Positions 8,622-18,084 of a DNA stretch of 26,316 nucleotides are shown here, one piece after another. Location: IMG/VR virus record IMGVR_UViG_3300030376_005959, positions 1 to 26,316 of that record, one strand, 5' to 3'. The DNA comes from a virus (lineage: Duplodnaviria > Caudoviricetes). Below the pieces are notes generated by a model that saw nothing but the letters and a program-made list of their open reading frames with translations, was not told the origin of the DNA and searched no databases. How positions within the stretch are numbered: position 1 is the stretch's first letter; each line of letters opens with the position of its first letter. The translations under genes were made by a program, and so were the position numbers.

Positions 8622-8801
8622 ATGAAATACAAATTACATAAAATAGATTCTATTTCTGCTATAAATGATTGGCATGGTCTTGGCAAGGATAATGCAAAAA
8701 AATTAGAAGCAGGGAAAGAAGTTGAATTGAAAGACCCACCTGAATCACTTGTTAATGGTGGATATTTAAAAGAAGTTAAATCAAAGAAAGAGAGTAAATA
8801 A
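8622..8801 (+). CDS. Small hypothetical tail-module protein (59 aa; not in ORF track)
   Basis: MKYKLHKIDSISAINDWHGLGKDNAKKLEAGKEVELKDPPESLVNGGYLKEVKSKKESK. AGGAG SD; TAATG overlap with the tube gene. Confidence 0.7.
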   Translation: MKYKLHKIDSISAINDWHGLGKDNAKKLEAGKEVELKDPPESLVNGGYLKEVKSKKESK

Positions 8802-9793
8802 TGGCTGCATTAGATAACACAGTTTACTCAGGGAAGCAATATGAGGCTTATATATCTTTACAGTCTGATGCTTTAGGTACAAATGATGTATCAGGAACAT
8901 TGTATAAGATTAGAATCCCTGAAGTTAATGACATTGATTTTTCAGCAGGGTTTCAGACTGCTGATGTAGAGAGAGCAGGGCAAAGAGTTTTAAGACCTAC
9001 AGACCACATTAAGATATATAAAGGTGGAACTTTTACATGGTCTTTTGATAATTATGTAGTTGAGAATGAGGCTGCATTACAACTTTTACTTCAATTAGTA
9101 AGCGAAGATGCTTCACCTGAAGGTACAGCACAGATATTAGGGAATCAGCCTACTGTCGCTTATGAGCAAGGGGCAACAACAGGAGAGTACGCTTGTGTTG
9201 TATTGTCATCCCCTGATGCAGATAAAGATAGATTAATGCATAGTGCAATACTGCAAGAGCTTACTTTAAGTATGAGTCCTGAAAATAATGGTGGTAGACT
9301 AACTGCAAGTGGAACTTTTTTTAGTGGTTATCAACCTGTAATTGGTGCAGAAGGTACATCTCCTGATGCTACTGCTGTTGATTTCACTAAAGGATTTTTT
9401 GATTGTACTACTTCCCAATTAGGTGGGGATGATGTTGTTATGAATAATTTTGAATTAACAATATCTAACCCTGCGACAAGAGTTGGCTATGAAACAGTAA
9501 ATAGTATTGCAGGTGAGCCTTGTGCTTATAATAGAGGTGGTCAAATTTCAGTTACAGGTAGTGTTAGTGTGAAATTAGATGATAACACAGCTCAAATTAT
9601 TACTGAAGATTTCCTTGTTGGAACTTCTGCTAATATTAGCATAGGTGATGGCTCTTCAATAGACTTTGATATTCCTACAGCTAAATATACAGGTCATACA
9701 CAGGCAGATACAGAAAATGGCGTATTTGTTGAATTACCTTTTGCTGCTACAGCAGATGGTTCAAATGCATTGGTAACAATAACTGCAACTTAA
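8801..9793 (+). CDS. Major tail (tube) protein
   Basis: 330 aa, acidic and beta-rich, with NNFELTISNP, ISVTGSVSVK and ELPFAA motifs; upstream of the chaperone and tape measure genes. Confidence 0.8.
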   Translation: MAALDNTVYSGKQYEAYISLQSDALGTNDVSGTLYKIRIPEVNDIDFSAGFQTADVERAGQRVLRPTDHIKIYKGGTFTWSFDNYVVENEAALQLLLQLVSEDASPEGTAQILGNQPTVAYEQGATTGEYACVVLSSPDADKDRLMHSAILQELTLSMSPENNGGRLTASGTFFSGYQPVIGAEGTSPDATAVDFTKGFFDCTTSQLGGDDVVMNNFELTISNPATRVGYETVNSIAGEPCAYNRGGQISVTGSVSVKLDDNTAQIITEDFLVGTSANISIGDGSSIDFDIPTAKYTGHTQADTENGVFVELPFAATADGSNALVTITAT

Positions 9794-9804
9794 TAAGAGG
9801 TAAA

Positions 9805-10092
9805 ATGAAGTTAAAACTTGACTCAGGCAGAGAAGTTAAACTCAAAGATGTGTCCTTAGATGATAGGGACGAAATGTTAGATAAGGTGGAGTACCAATTT
9901 GATAAAAAGGGTAATCCACAAGGTGTAAAAATGATGCACTCAACCATTACATTTTGGTTGCGTAAAGGACTTGATGGAGATGCTTCTGATAAATTCATCA
10001 GAGGCTTATCCTTTGAGGAAAGGACTGAAATCTTCCTCAAGATGCAAGAAGGATTGCTCTTGGGGGAAGGGAAGCCCTCCAACTTGAAATAA
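9805..10092 (+). CDS. Tail assembly chaperone (gpG-like)
   Basis: 95 aa between tube and tape measure; ends shortly after the slippery sequence TTG GGG GAA. Confidence 0.75.
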   Translation: MKLKLDSGREVKLKDVSLDDRDEMLDKVEYQFDKKGNPQGVKMMHSTITFWLRKGLDGDASDKFIRGLSFEERTEIFLKMQEGLLLGEGKPSNLK

Positions 10093-10520
10093 ATGTAATT
10101 GCTGATAGTTGTGAGGGTTGTCAGTATCACGACTACCCATATAAGGCTCAAGTTCCTATTTTAATTGAAGGAAAGCGACCTGTTAGGGAGTTTACCTGCA
10201 ATGAGGATGTTTGGGATGTAATTGACCTACTTATAGAGGAAACTAAGCAAATGAATAGTAAGGGTAATGAGTTTGATGTAGCTAAGTCAGTCAATTCTCA
10301 ATTACCCTTTTTTGCTTGTAGAAACAGAATTTTGAAGAATCAGCATCAGAAAGATATACAAAGATATATTTATTGTAAGGAATTTGGCGTTCCTGCATAT
10401 AATGGAGCATATGGTGAACAACCATCTAAATGGGTTGAGAAGTCTTTTGTAATTAAAAATGCTCTTGCAAAGAAAGAAAAGGATTTAATAGATGGCTCAA
10501 GACAAAACGATAACAATTAA
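10062..10520 (+). CDS. Tail assembly chaperone frameshift extension (gpT-like, -1 frame)
   Basis: The -1 frame is open from 10029 to 10520 (…GGREALQLEINVIADSCEGCQYHDYPY…MNSKG…). GGGGGAA lies at 10062-10068, inside the overlap. Confidence 0.75.
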   Translation, partial: GGREALQLEINVIADSCEGCQYHDYPYKAQVPILIEGKRPVREFTCNEDVWDVIDLLIEETKQMNSKGNEFDVAKSVNSQLPFFACRNRILKNQHQKDIQRYIYCKEFGVPAYNGAYGEQPSKWVEKSFVIKNALAKKEKDLIDGSRQNDNN

Positions 10521-12435
10521 TTTTGTCCCCAAAGGGGATGATAAGTTAATTAAAGCCTTTCAAGGGCTTTCAGCAGGGCAAAAAAGGTTTAATAAGGATG
10601 TTCAGAAAGGCTCTAAACAGTTAGGTATTTTTGACACACAAAGCAAGAGAAATGCAAAAAGTTTATCTTCAATGGGTAATGCTTTTTCTGTCGTTCGTTC
10701 TAAATTGTTATTATTTAACTTTGCTGTAGGGACTTTAGGTGTAAAGGCTTTAGCAGCTTTTGCAAAAGAGGCTGCGAAAGTTGAGTCTATGGGCAGGGCT
10801 TTTAACACTCTGTCAGGTGGAGTATCAAATGCAAATATTGCTATTGGAAAACTGCAAGTAGCAACAAACAATACAATGTCTGAATTTGATTTGTTTCAAC
10901 AGGCAAACAATGCTATGATACTTGGTGTTAGTAAGAACTCTGATGAGATGGCTGAAATGTTTGACATAGCACAAAGGCTTGGTCGTGCATTGGGAAGAGA
11001 TACTGCATCTTCTGTTGAATCACTTATTACAGGTATTGGTCGTCAATCTCGCCTCATGCTTGATAATATTGGTATTATAGTCAAAGCAGATGAAGCATAT
11101 GAAAAATATGCTGAAAAATTAGGCACTACTGCTGATAAACTGTCTGATGCAGATAAGAAAACAGCCTTCTTGGAAGCTACGATGGAATCTGCAAGAACAA
11201 AAGTAGCAAGTTTAGGGGCAGAAGTTTTTTCCTCTCAAGACTCATTTGATGCATTTTCATCTACTGTAAGTGACTTGAGGGTTCTTGTGGGTGAAAAACT
11301 TAAAGGAGCTTTCACAGGAGCTATGAACGCTTTTGTAGATTTTGTAAATGTTAATAAGGATGCAGATGTTGAATCTGCTTTGGCTTCAAGAAGTGTAGAT
11401 GTTTTAAACCTTTCCATAAAACGATTAAAAAATGAACTTGAACCATTAGAAAAGCTACTTGAGGGTAATTTTGGTCCTGAAACATTTGTTCCTACGGGGA
11501 CTGAAGAACGAGTTAGGGTTATAAAAGAGCAAATTGGAGATTTAGAAGTAGAACTGTCCTCTGTAGAGGCTTCTTTGTTTACAATGACTCATGCTTTTAT
11601 AGAAGCAAGCAATGTAATGGGAACTTTTGCTAAAAATGAAGCAGCTTTAGAAACTTTAGGTTTAATAAGGAGTGAGGTTGATTTTTTGTCTAAATCATCT
11701 CTTGTGGAATTTAAAGAGAATTACAGCTCTGTTTTTGATACTATAAATAATTCTACAGGAGAATTTTACGCAAACCTTGCTATGCTGTCAGCAGATAATT
11801 TATCAAGAGAGCAAATTTCTATAAATATGCAAGAAGCAAGAATGATAGAAAGTCTTAAAAATATTGACGAATCAAGTATGAGTTTTGAAGAAAAAAAGAA
11901 GCAAAGAAAAATCATTATAGATGAGTTTGATAAAAAAAGAGATGCTTCAAAAATTAAAGATTTTGCTTCTAACTTAAAACAAACTGAAGGCATTATGAAG
12001 GCTTTTGGGGCGACTGAAAAAGAAATTGCCATAGGCAAGGCTACTATAGATGGGATTGTAGCTATACAGAAAGCATGGACTTCTGCTCCATTTCCTGCAA
12101 ATTTACCTGCTGTAGCCATAACTACTGCAAATACAGTTGCCAATGTTCAGGCTATAAAGGCTCAACAGTATGAAACAGGTGGGCTTGTTGGTGGTCGCAG
12201 GCACTCACAGGGTGGCACTATGATTGAAGCAGAGCAAGGTGAATTTGTAATGTCAAGAAATGCTGTAAACGCTGTAGGTATAGAAGCAATGAATCGTATT
12301 AATCAAGGTGGTGGTGCAGGTAGCGTAGTAATAAATGTATCAGGAAATGTTATGAGTCAAGATTATGTAGAAGGTGAGTTGGCTGACCAATTAAAAACAG
12401 CAATCAGGCGTGGTGCTGATATAGGAGTATCTTAA
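10492..12435 (+). CDS. Tape measure protein
   Basis: 647 aa, Ala-rich and helical, with GIGRQSRLMLDNIGI and C-terminal YETGGLVGG…EAEQGEFV motifs; follows the chaperones. Confidence 0.9.
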   Translation: MAQDKTITINFVPKGDDKLIKAFQGLSAGQKRFNKDVQKGSKQLGIFDTQSKRNAKSLSSMGNAFSVVRSKLLLFNFAVGTLGVKALAAFAKEAAKVESMGRAFNTLSGGVSNANIAIGKLQVATNNTMSEFDLFQQANNAMILGVSKNSDEMAEMFDIAQRLGRALGRDTASSVESLITGIGRQSRLMLDNIGIIVKADEAYEKYAEKLGTTADKLSDADKKTAFLEATMESARTKVASLGAEVFSSQDSFDAFSSTVSDLRVLVGEKLKGAFTGAMNAFVDFVNVNKDADVESALASRSVDVLNLSIKRLKNELEPLEKLLEGNFGPETFVPTGTEERVRVIKEQIGDLEVELSSVEASLFTMTHAFIEASNVMGTFAKNEAALETLGLIRSEVDFLSKSSLVEFKENYSSVFDTINNSTGEFYANLAMLSADNLSREQISINMQEARMIESLKNIDESSMSFEEKKKQRKIIIDEFDKKRDASKIKDFASNLKQTEGIMKAFGATEKEIAIGKATIDGIVAIQKAWTSAPFPANLPAVAITTANTVANVQAIKAQQYETGGLVGGRRHSQGGTMIEAEQGEFVMSRNAVNAVGIEAMNRINQGGGAGSVVINVSGNVMSQDYVEGELADQLKTAIRRGADIGVS

Positions 12436-15302
12436 TGTCGTTTGAGAATGATATAAAAGGTCAGAATACACAGCTTTACCCTGTTGTACAGATTAATAAT
12501 AATTGGTACTCAACCAACAATGTAACTGTTGGAGATAATTATTGTAAACCTATTCTTATGAATATTCCATCTATAAAGGAGTCTATAGACATAGAGTCAA
12601 GGAAGTTTAAGATTTCTAATGTATCTCTTGATTTTAATAACTTTCCTTTTGAGGGTTCAAGATTCTCTGACCAATTAGCTGAAACATCTCTAATTAACGC
12701 TGAAGCAGTTGTATACTTTAAAAGTCATACTGAACTAAAAGAAGTGTACAAAGGAATAGTAAGAACTTTAACTCACGATGATGAGAAAGTAATAGTTAAT
12801 CTTGAAGATTTAACAGAGCAAAAAGCACACGCAGACCTGCCATTGTCTGAATATCCTGATGGTACTAAAGGATATTTGGAAGATACAGAAAGCGTGCCTG
12901 ATAAATACAAGAATAAACCTATTCCTATGGTTTATGGTCATGTAGATAGAAGTCCTGTTGTTATTAGTGAAAATTTTAGAAAATATCAAGCAGATACAAA
13001 GCAAGTTGATTTTATAGAAGCGTTGTCAGGATATACTAATAAATCAGATGTAAATGTTTATCTTGATTCCTTACAAGTAGATATAGATGGTGAGGTTCAT
13101 CACATTGTAAGAGGTAATCAATATGAATATGGTGAAACATCAATAAATTTATCAGGTGGGGTATTGAGTGGTATTGTTGTGGGTAGTGAAAATACTGCTG
13201 ATAGTTTTGAAGAAGTATCCTTGCTTTGTAGAAAGATAGCAAAACCAAAATTTTCAATAAGTAACCCTAAATATAACCCTGATGATGTAAATGAAGATTT
13301 TTTATCAGAAGAATATAGCATTGATAATATTAATGCAATTACAGATGGCAGTTTAGAAGAAAATAATATAGGGTTATCAGGACAAAGACCATCAGAGAGT
13401 CTTAATATTGAAGAAGGTAGGGTTTCATCAAACAATGAAAGGCTACTACTATCCTTAAATATGGATGTTACACCACAACATGATACTAACTATGGCAATG
13501 ATATAATTGGATTTAAAATCAATGGCTACAACATACCAAACTATCTTGGTGATACAGTTTTAAAAGTAAACCACTTTAATGATAAATTTGGTGGAAGTGG
13601 TGATATAACATCTGTTAGTTCATCTTATAGTGTTTCATATAATAGAATATGGGACACAAACATACCACACTACTCTGAAATAAATAGTATATTTGGATTT
13701 TTAAGCAACACTACAGATAGCGATATGCCATCAAGTTATGATGGTAGTACAGCAGATATTAAGCTAAACTTTTATGAAGAAAGCAATCTTGTTGGAGGTG
13801 GTTTAGAAATGCCTTTAGTTTTATTTTCAGGAGGCTTAAACAACACTTTTAACATACAATTCAGAGTTGTAGGTGATTTAGCCTATCCACAGGGATATTC
13901 CTATTATTATCCATATTTAGAACTTACAGGTAAAATAAATGAAATTGGTTTATTAGTAGAAAATAAATCTTTAAAGTTATTTAACAATGATTTTTATGCA
14001 AATGTTGAAGGTAGGTCAGATGATAATGGGTTAATTACTAATCCTATTGCAATCATAAGGCATTTAGTAGAACAAGAGCTTGGGTTTGATGCTATTAACG
14101 AGATTGATTATACTGTAGCACTAAATAATCATTCAGATTGGAAGTTTGGATTTACTGTAAGCAAGAAAATAAATTCAAAGAAATTAATTGAGGATATAGC
14201 AAAGTCTACCAAGTGCTTTCCTAAATTTAAGAATGATGGTACTTTTGGATTCAATGTAATTAAGGATGAGTATAGCGATGAAGAAGCGACTACTATTGTA
14301 GAGTCTGATGTAATATCGTATTCGTTTAAAAAGACTAAACCTGAACAGGTTTATAATGAAGTAGATGTGCAATACAAAAAAGATTATGTACAGGATTCAT
14401 ACTCAAAGAGAACTACACTTATAAAAATAGAAGGTGATTATTATGGTGGGGACAAGTCTTATTTAGAGTTTGAGTCTGACTATATTAGAGATGAGGCTAC
14501 TGCTGATAAACTTGCATCATTTTTAGCACAAAACTATAAGAATGACCACCTGATGTTTAATATAAAACTTCCTCTTCAATACATCAATTTGCAGGTAGGA
14601 GATTTAGTTAAATTTGATACCTTATTTAATGATATGAAGGCTTATGGTATTGACTATACAGTATCTTCAGAAGTAAATGGTCAGGAGCGATACCCATTCT
14701 TTATGGTTACATCAACACAAAAGAATTTAGATTCATTGTCTATTGAGTGTATGCAGTTGCACAACCTTACAGAAGATGAAGCAGATGATGTTATAATAGG
14801 TGATGATGGAGAACAGGCTGTTATACCTGCTTACTATTTTTCACTTACACAAGATTTTAACAACTTACAATTAGTATTTGAGAAAGATGATAATGGTACT
14901 CTTTTATTTAACTTCACAGACTTATCTGAAATATTTACAGCAAACAATTACATACATCTTTCAAACGATGGTGCAACAAAGTATTTATTTAAGATAGAAT
15001 CTATTGTAGATAATGTGCTTGTATTAGACCAAATACCTGCAGAAGGCTTTGCTAATGATTTTGAAAGTTTAATTACAGAGCAAGACCTCACAATAACCAA
15101 TTATGATGTAGCTACACCAACGCTTTTAGGTGATGTTAATAATGATGGCGTACTTAATGTATTAGATATTGTTTTAATAACAGGTGCAATATTAGGAACA
15201 AACGAATTAACTCCAAATCAATTTGCAAGAGCAGACCTGAATGAAGATGGGGGTCTTAATGTTCTTGATATAGTGGACTTGGTATATAGGATATTAAACT
15301 AA
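12435..15302 (+). CDS. Tail tip/hub protein with C-terminal dockerin type I domain
   Basis: 955 aa after the tape measure. KPIPMVYG and LQVGDLVKF tail-hub motifs; C-terminal duplicated Ca-binding loops GDVNNDGVLNVLDIV / ADLNEDGGLNVLDIV. Confidence 0.8.
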   Translation: MSFENDIKGQNTQLYPVVQINNNWYSTNNVTVGDNYCKPILMNIPSIKESIDIESRKFKISNVSLDFNNFPFEGSRFSDQLAETSLINAEAVVYFKSHTELKEVYKGIVRTLTHDDEKVIVNLEDLTEQKAHADLPLSEYPDGTKGYLEDTESVPDKYKNKPIPMVYGHVDRSPVVISENFRKYQADTKQVDFIEALSGYTNKSDVNVYLDSLQVDIDGEVHHIVRGNQYEYGETSINLSGGVLSGIVVGSENTADSFEEVSLLCRKIAKPKFSISNPKYNPDDVNEDFLSEEYSIDNINAITDGSLEENNIGLSGQRPSESLNIEEGRVSSNNERLLLSLNMDVTPQHDTNYGNDIIGFKINGYNIPNYLGDTVLKVNHFNDKFGGSGDITSVSSSYSVSYNRIWDTNIPHYSEINSIFGFLSNTTDSDMPSSYDGSTADIKLNFYEESNLVGGGLEMPLVLFSGGLNNTFNIQFRVVGDLAYPQGYSYYYPYLELTGKINEIGLLVENKSLKLFNNDFYANVEGRSDDNGLITNPIAIIRHLVEQELGFDAINEIDYTVALNNHSDWKFGFTVSKKINSKKLIEDIAKSTKCFPKFKNDGTFGFNVIKDEYSDEEATTIVESDVISYSFKKTKPEQVYNEVDVQYKKDYVQDSYSKRTTLIKIEGDYYGGDKSYLEFESDYIRDEATADKLASFLAQNYKNDHLMFNIKLPLQYINLQVGDLVKFDTLFNDMKAYGIDYTVSSEVNGQERYPFFMVTSTQKNLDSLSIECMQLHNLTEDEADDVIIGDDGEQAVIPAYYFSLTQDFNNLQLVFEKDDNGTLLFNFTDLSEIFTANNYIHLSNDGATKYLFKIESIVDNVLVLDQIPAEGFANDFESLITEQDLTITNYDVATPTLLGDVNNDGVLNVLDIVLITGAILGTNELTPNQFARADLNEDGGLNVLDIVDLVYRILN

Positions 15303-15775
15303 TGATAACTTATGGTAATGGAGAAGTCTTATTTGATGGTTCTGCAAAGGGCTTTGAAATGAGATATAAGGGCAAAATGACAATAACAAGCAATACTGAA
15401 GGCTTGTTGATAGATACAAACAAAAACAGAATTATAGGTATTATGATTGGTGGTGGCAATTTACCTGTTAATTTATTTACCTATGAGGGTGAATTAAGGA
15501 TATTGTCTTGCAGGACTTCTGAAGGCAGTTATTTAGAAAGACAACAAATTACATTACAAGGTGTTGATTATTGGGAATTGGACAATCAATGGTGGGGAAA
15601 AGACCTTTCATTATGGGGAGAAGGTGGTGGCACATATTTAACAGGAGAAAAACCTAAAAAAACCATTATTGTAGATGATAAGTTTGCTGAAGAAAAAGCT
15701 GTCCCAAAAGTAAGAAATAAAAAATTAGACATAATTATAGAAGCAGTTAAGTCTGCAAGTAAAGGATTATATTAA
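15302..15775 (+). CDS. Hypothetical beta-rich tail-module protein, possibly cohesin-like
   Basis: The first ~85 aa are alternating beta-strands (GSAKGFEMRYKG…IIGIM…LFTYEGELRILSC). TAATG-coupled to the dockerin gene. The fold is an inference. Confidence 0.45.
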   Translation: MITYGNGEVLFDGSAKGFEMRYKGKMTITSNTEGLLIDTNKNRIIGIMIGGGNLPVNLFTYEGELRILSCRTSEGSYLERQQITLQGVDYWELDNQWWGKDLSLWGEGGGTYLTGEKPKKTIIVDDKFAEEKAVPKVRNKKLDIIIEAVKSASKGLY

Positions 15776-16722
15776 TGGCAAGAATGAATGTAGGTACACC
15801 AAGATTTTATATAGATACAGGACTATATCAACAGGCTTGTGGTAAGTGGACACCAAGTGAAGAACATTTGCCATTTGTACAATTAAATCCAACCAATGTG
15901 CAAGACACTCCAAGTATGATTAAAGTCCCAAGACTCACACCTATAAAATATATGGCAGTATTAGGACACGATGGAGGAACTATTTACCCTGAATGGATTA
16001 CAGGAGATGTAGATGACCCTGACACTACTACAGATGAGGCTAAACAATCTGTAGCAAGCTTAAATGCAGAGGTAAATGGACAATCTCTTTCTGCAGATGA
16101 TTCAGTTATGCATAGTGGCTTTACTGTTTATACATTTGATGATGACGAAGAAATGGACAAGTTAAGAGTCGTATTGTTTGGTACAAGTGAGTTAGGAGCA
16201 GCATCTGTTGGTAACTATTATGATATGCCTCACTCACCTGATTTATCCCTTAAACTTTCCTATGAATATGATGGGGTAAAAACAGTTCAAACTAAAGGTG
16301 GTAGCACTCTTTCTAATGCTTCTTATACTAAACCTGCTGATTGGGGTAGTAGAGGTGCATGGCAATTAGGTGATAATCCAAGCTATCGTGGTGGTCGTAG
16401 AGTATGGGATTTATCATTCAGCTATATATCAGATTCAGACTTGATGCCATTGGTTGCAGCAAGCACTAATTTAGGAGCAGGGGATGATAGGGAGAATATT
16501 CAAAATCCTACAGACGATACTCTATTAGAAGGTACAGATTTTTTTAGTGTAGTTTGGAATCAGACTATGGGTGGACATTTACAATTTATTTTTCAGCCTG
16601 ACAACAGTAATAATAATCCTGATAATTTTGCAATCGCAAGATTTGATATGAACACACTTACTTATAATCAGGTAGCAAACAATGTATATAATATTAAACT
16701 AAAGATAAGAGAGGTTTGGTAA
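15775..16722 (+). CDS. Virion tail protein (distal-tail-like)
   Basis: PDLSLKLSYEYDGV, GRRVWDLSFSYI, FIFQPD, ARF and IKLKIREVW pattern resembles Dit-like proteins; last gene of the tail module. Confidence 0.55.
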   Translation: MARMNVGTPRFYIDTGLYQQACGKWTPSEEHLPFVQLNPTNVQDTPSMIKVPRLTPIKYMAVLGHDGGTIYPEWITGDVDDPDTTTDEAKQSVASLNAEVNGQSLSADDSVMHSGFTVYTFDDDEEMDKLRVVLFGTSELGAASVGNYYDMPHSPDLSLKLSYEYDGVKTVQTKGGSTLSNASYTKPADWGSRGAWQLGDNPSYRGGRRVWDLSFSYISDSDLMPLVAASTNLGAGDDRENIQNPTDDTLLEGTDFFSVVWNQTMGGHLQFIFQPDNSNNNPDNFAIARFDMNTLTYNQVANNVYNIKLKIREVW

Positions 16723-16844
16723 TGGGGACGACTTTTGGTTCGGGTTCGTTTTTGTATTCATCGGATGGTGGGGGGAACATTTGGATAAGCACCCTATGGG
16801 AGGATACGATTGTCCTATATACTGCTCCGTAGAACATACACATT

Positions 16845-17186
16845 TTAACGACCACGAGGGTCTTGAACAGGATACCCTAATTTTGAAAAATGAATTATTA
16901 TCTTGTCAAGATATTCAGAAAATTCAGGAACAGTTAAATCCTTAGTTGATTCAATTCCAAACATTTTCTTAACAGTTTCATGTAATTCATGTTCAGTATA
17001 ACCTAATTCATTTCCAATCTCTTTTATAATAGACCTGTAGTATGCGTTTTGTTTAGGAGAGCGGGTCTTTTCGGCTCTTTTTACCTCAAGCCATACTTCA
17101 CCCTCATATTCGTATAAACTACGCTTAAACCCCTCCCTATCATAGAGTTTTAACTTACCTTTTGTAACCTTACCTGTAAATTTCAT
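16845..17186 (-). CDS. NinB/Orf-like recombination protein
   Basis: RSPKQNAYY, GYTEHELHE and STKDLTVPEFSEYLDKI motifs of the lambda NinB-like family. Confidence 0.75.
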   Translation of the reverse strand: MKFTGKVTKGKLKLYDREGFKRSLYEYEGEVWLEVKRAEKTRSPKQNAYYRSIIKEIGNELGYTEHELHETVKKMFGIESTKDLTVPEFSEYLDKIIIHFSKLGYPVQDPRGR

Positions 17187-17683
17187 AGTTTTATTACAGT
17201 AAATTGTTCTACAGGAATATATGCATTTCTTTTCTTAACCTTTGCATCTGTGTTTTTGTTCTTTTTAGCCCAAGTTTTCATAACATCGTACTTTATCAAC
17301 ACATTGCCATTAGCATCAGTAACTCTTAAATAGGTGTAAATATTCTCATTTGGAAAGTACCCACAAAAAATAAATGGTATTTGTAAAGTTTTGGATAGCT
17401 CTATATTTGCTAATAGTTTAGCTTCAGTTAGTAGCCAAGTCTTTTTAGATTTCACATAGTCCCATGTAACATCATACCTACCCCTGTTCTCAACTGCTGA
17501 AACCATATATCCATCTTTCACGAGAATACCATCTGTTCTTGCATATTGTGATTTTATTTTATGTGTTTCTATAAATTGCCATTGTGCCTTTTTATCACTT
17601 GACTTACACATATTCAACATAATTTGAATCATTTTAGATTCTACTTCAAGGGTGTCGTCAAAAGACATATTATTTATATTCAT
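17183..17683 (-). CDS. Putative PD-(D/E)XK-fold nuclease-like protein
   Basis: YARTDGIL…AVENRGR resembles the D…ExKxR motif, with the catalytic Lys apparently substituted. Confidence 0.5.
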   Translation of the reverse strand: MNINNMSFDDTLEVESKMIQIMLNMCKSSDKKAQWQFIETHKIKSQYARTDGILVKDGYMVSAVENRGRYDVTWDYVKSKKTWLLTEAKLLANIELSKTLQIPFIFCGYFPNENIYTYLRVTDANGNVLIKYDVMKTWAKKNKNTDAKVKKRNAYIPVEQFTVIKL

Positions 17684-17705
17684 GTATTAACAATCCTCCT
17701 TCATA

Positions 17706-18011
17706 CTACAGCATCTCTATAGGAAACTTTTTCCAATTTGAATTTTTCATTTTAAAAACCCATTTATTTTTAAACCACTCGTATGCCCAATAATCAAACA
17801 TTTCCTGACCATCAGTAATAGTTTTGTTGAATTTTATACAAATATCGTAGTAATCTGTTATGGCATTTGAAATTTCATCTTTATGCTCTTCTGCCCACTC
17901 AAGTTGAGCTGACTTCAACCCACAGTTATCCATATCGTAAAACTTGTCATACAATTCACCAAGCTGTTTATAATCCATATGTTTTGCTTTTATTTTTCTT
18001 TTCATTTTCAT
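17706..18011 (-). CDS. Hypothetical protein
   Basis: 101 aa ORF with AAGGA SD, flanked by intergenic gaps. Confidence 0.6.
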   Translation of the reverse strand: MKMKRKIKAKHMDYKQLGELYDKFYDMDNCGLKSAQLEWAEEHKDEISNAITDYYDICIKFNKTITDGQEMFDYWAYEWFKNKWVFKMKNSNWKKFPIEML

Positions 18012-18084
18012 TCCTTTAATTAATGGTGAATTATACTTTAGGTTATTGGTATTTCCACAACATTATTTTAAAAAAAATGAACTT

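Noticed and set aside
5397-9793. Contractile tail sheath (myovirus) assignment
   Set aside because: No sheath C-terminal domain or baseplate J/wedge genes recognised; the tube-chaperone-tape measure order fits a non-contractile tail.
91-14372. Antisense and alternate-frame ORFs in the track (91..324, 167..388, 983..1222, 1379..1561, 1748..1930, 2689..2922, 3323..3571, 3609..3800, 4686..4964, 6389..6769, 9747..10151, 10602..10871, 11235..11417, 11766..12143, 12810..13004, 13036..13257, 13118..13435, 14184..14372)
   Set aside because: They lie within or across well-supported + strand genes and show no recognisable motifs; shadow ORFs.
3571-16722. Diversity-generating retroelement targeting fibre or tail genes
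   Set aside because: No reverse transcriptase, and no ~100-bp near-identical TR/VR pair with adenine-specific mismatches was seen.
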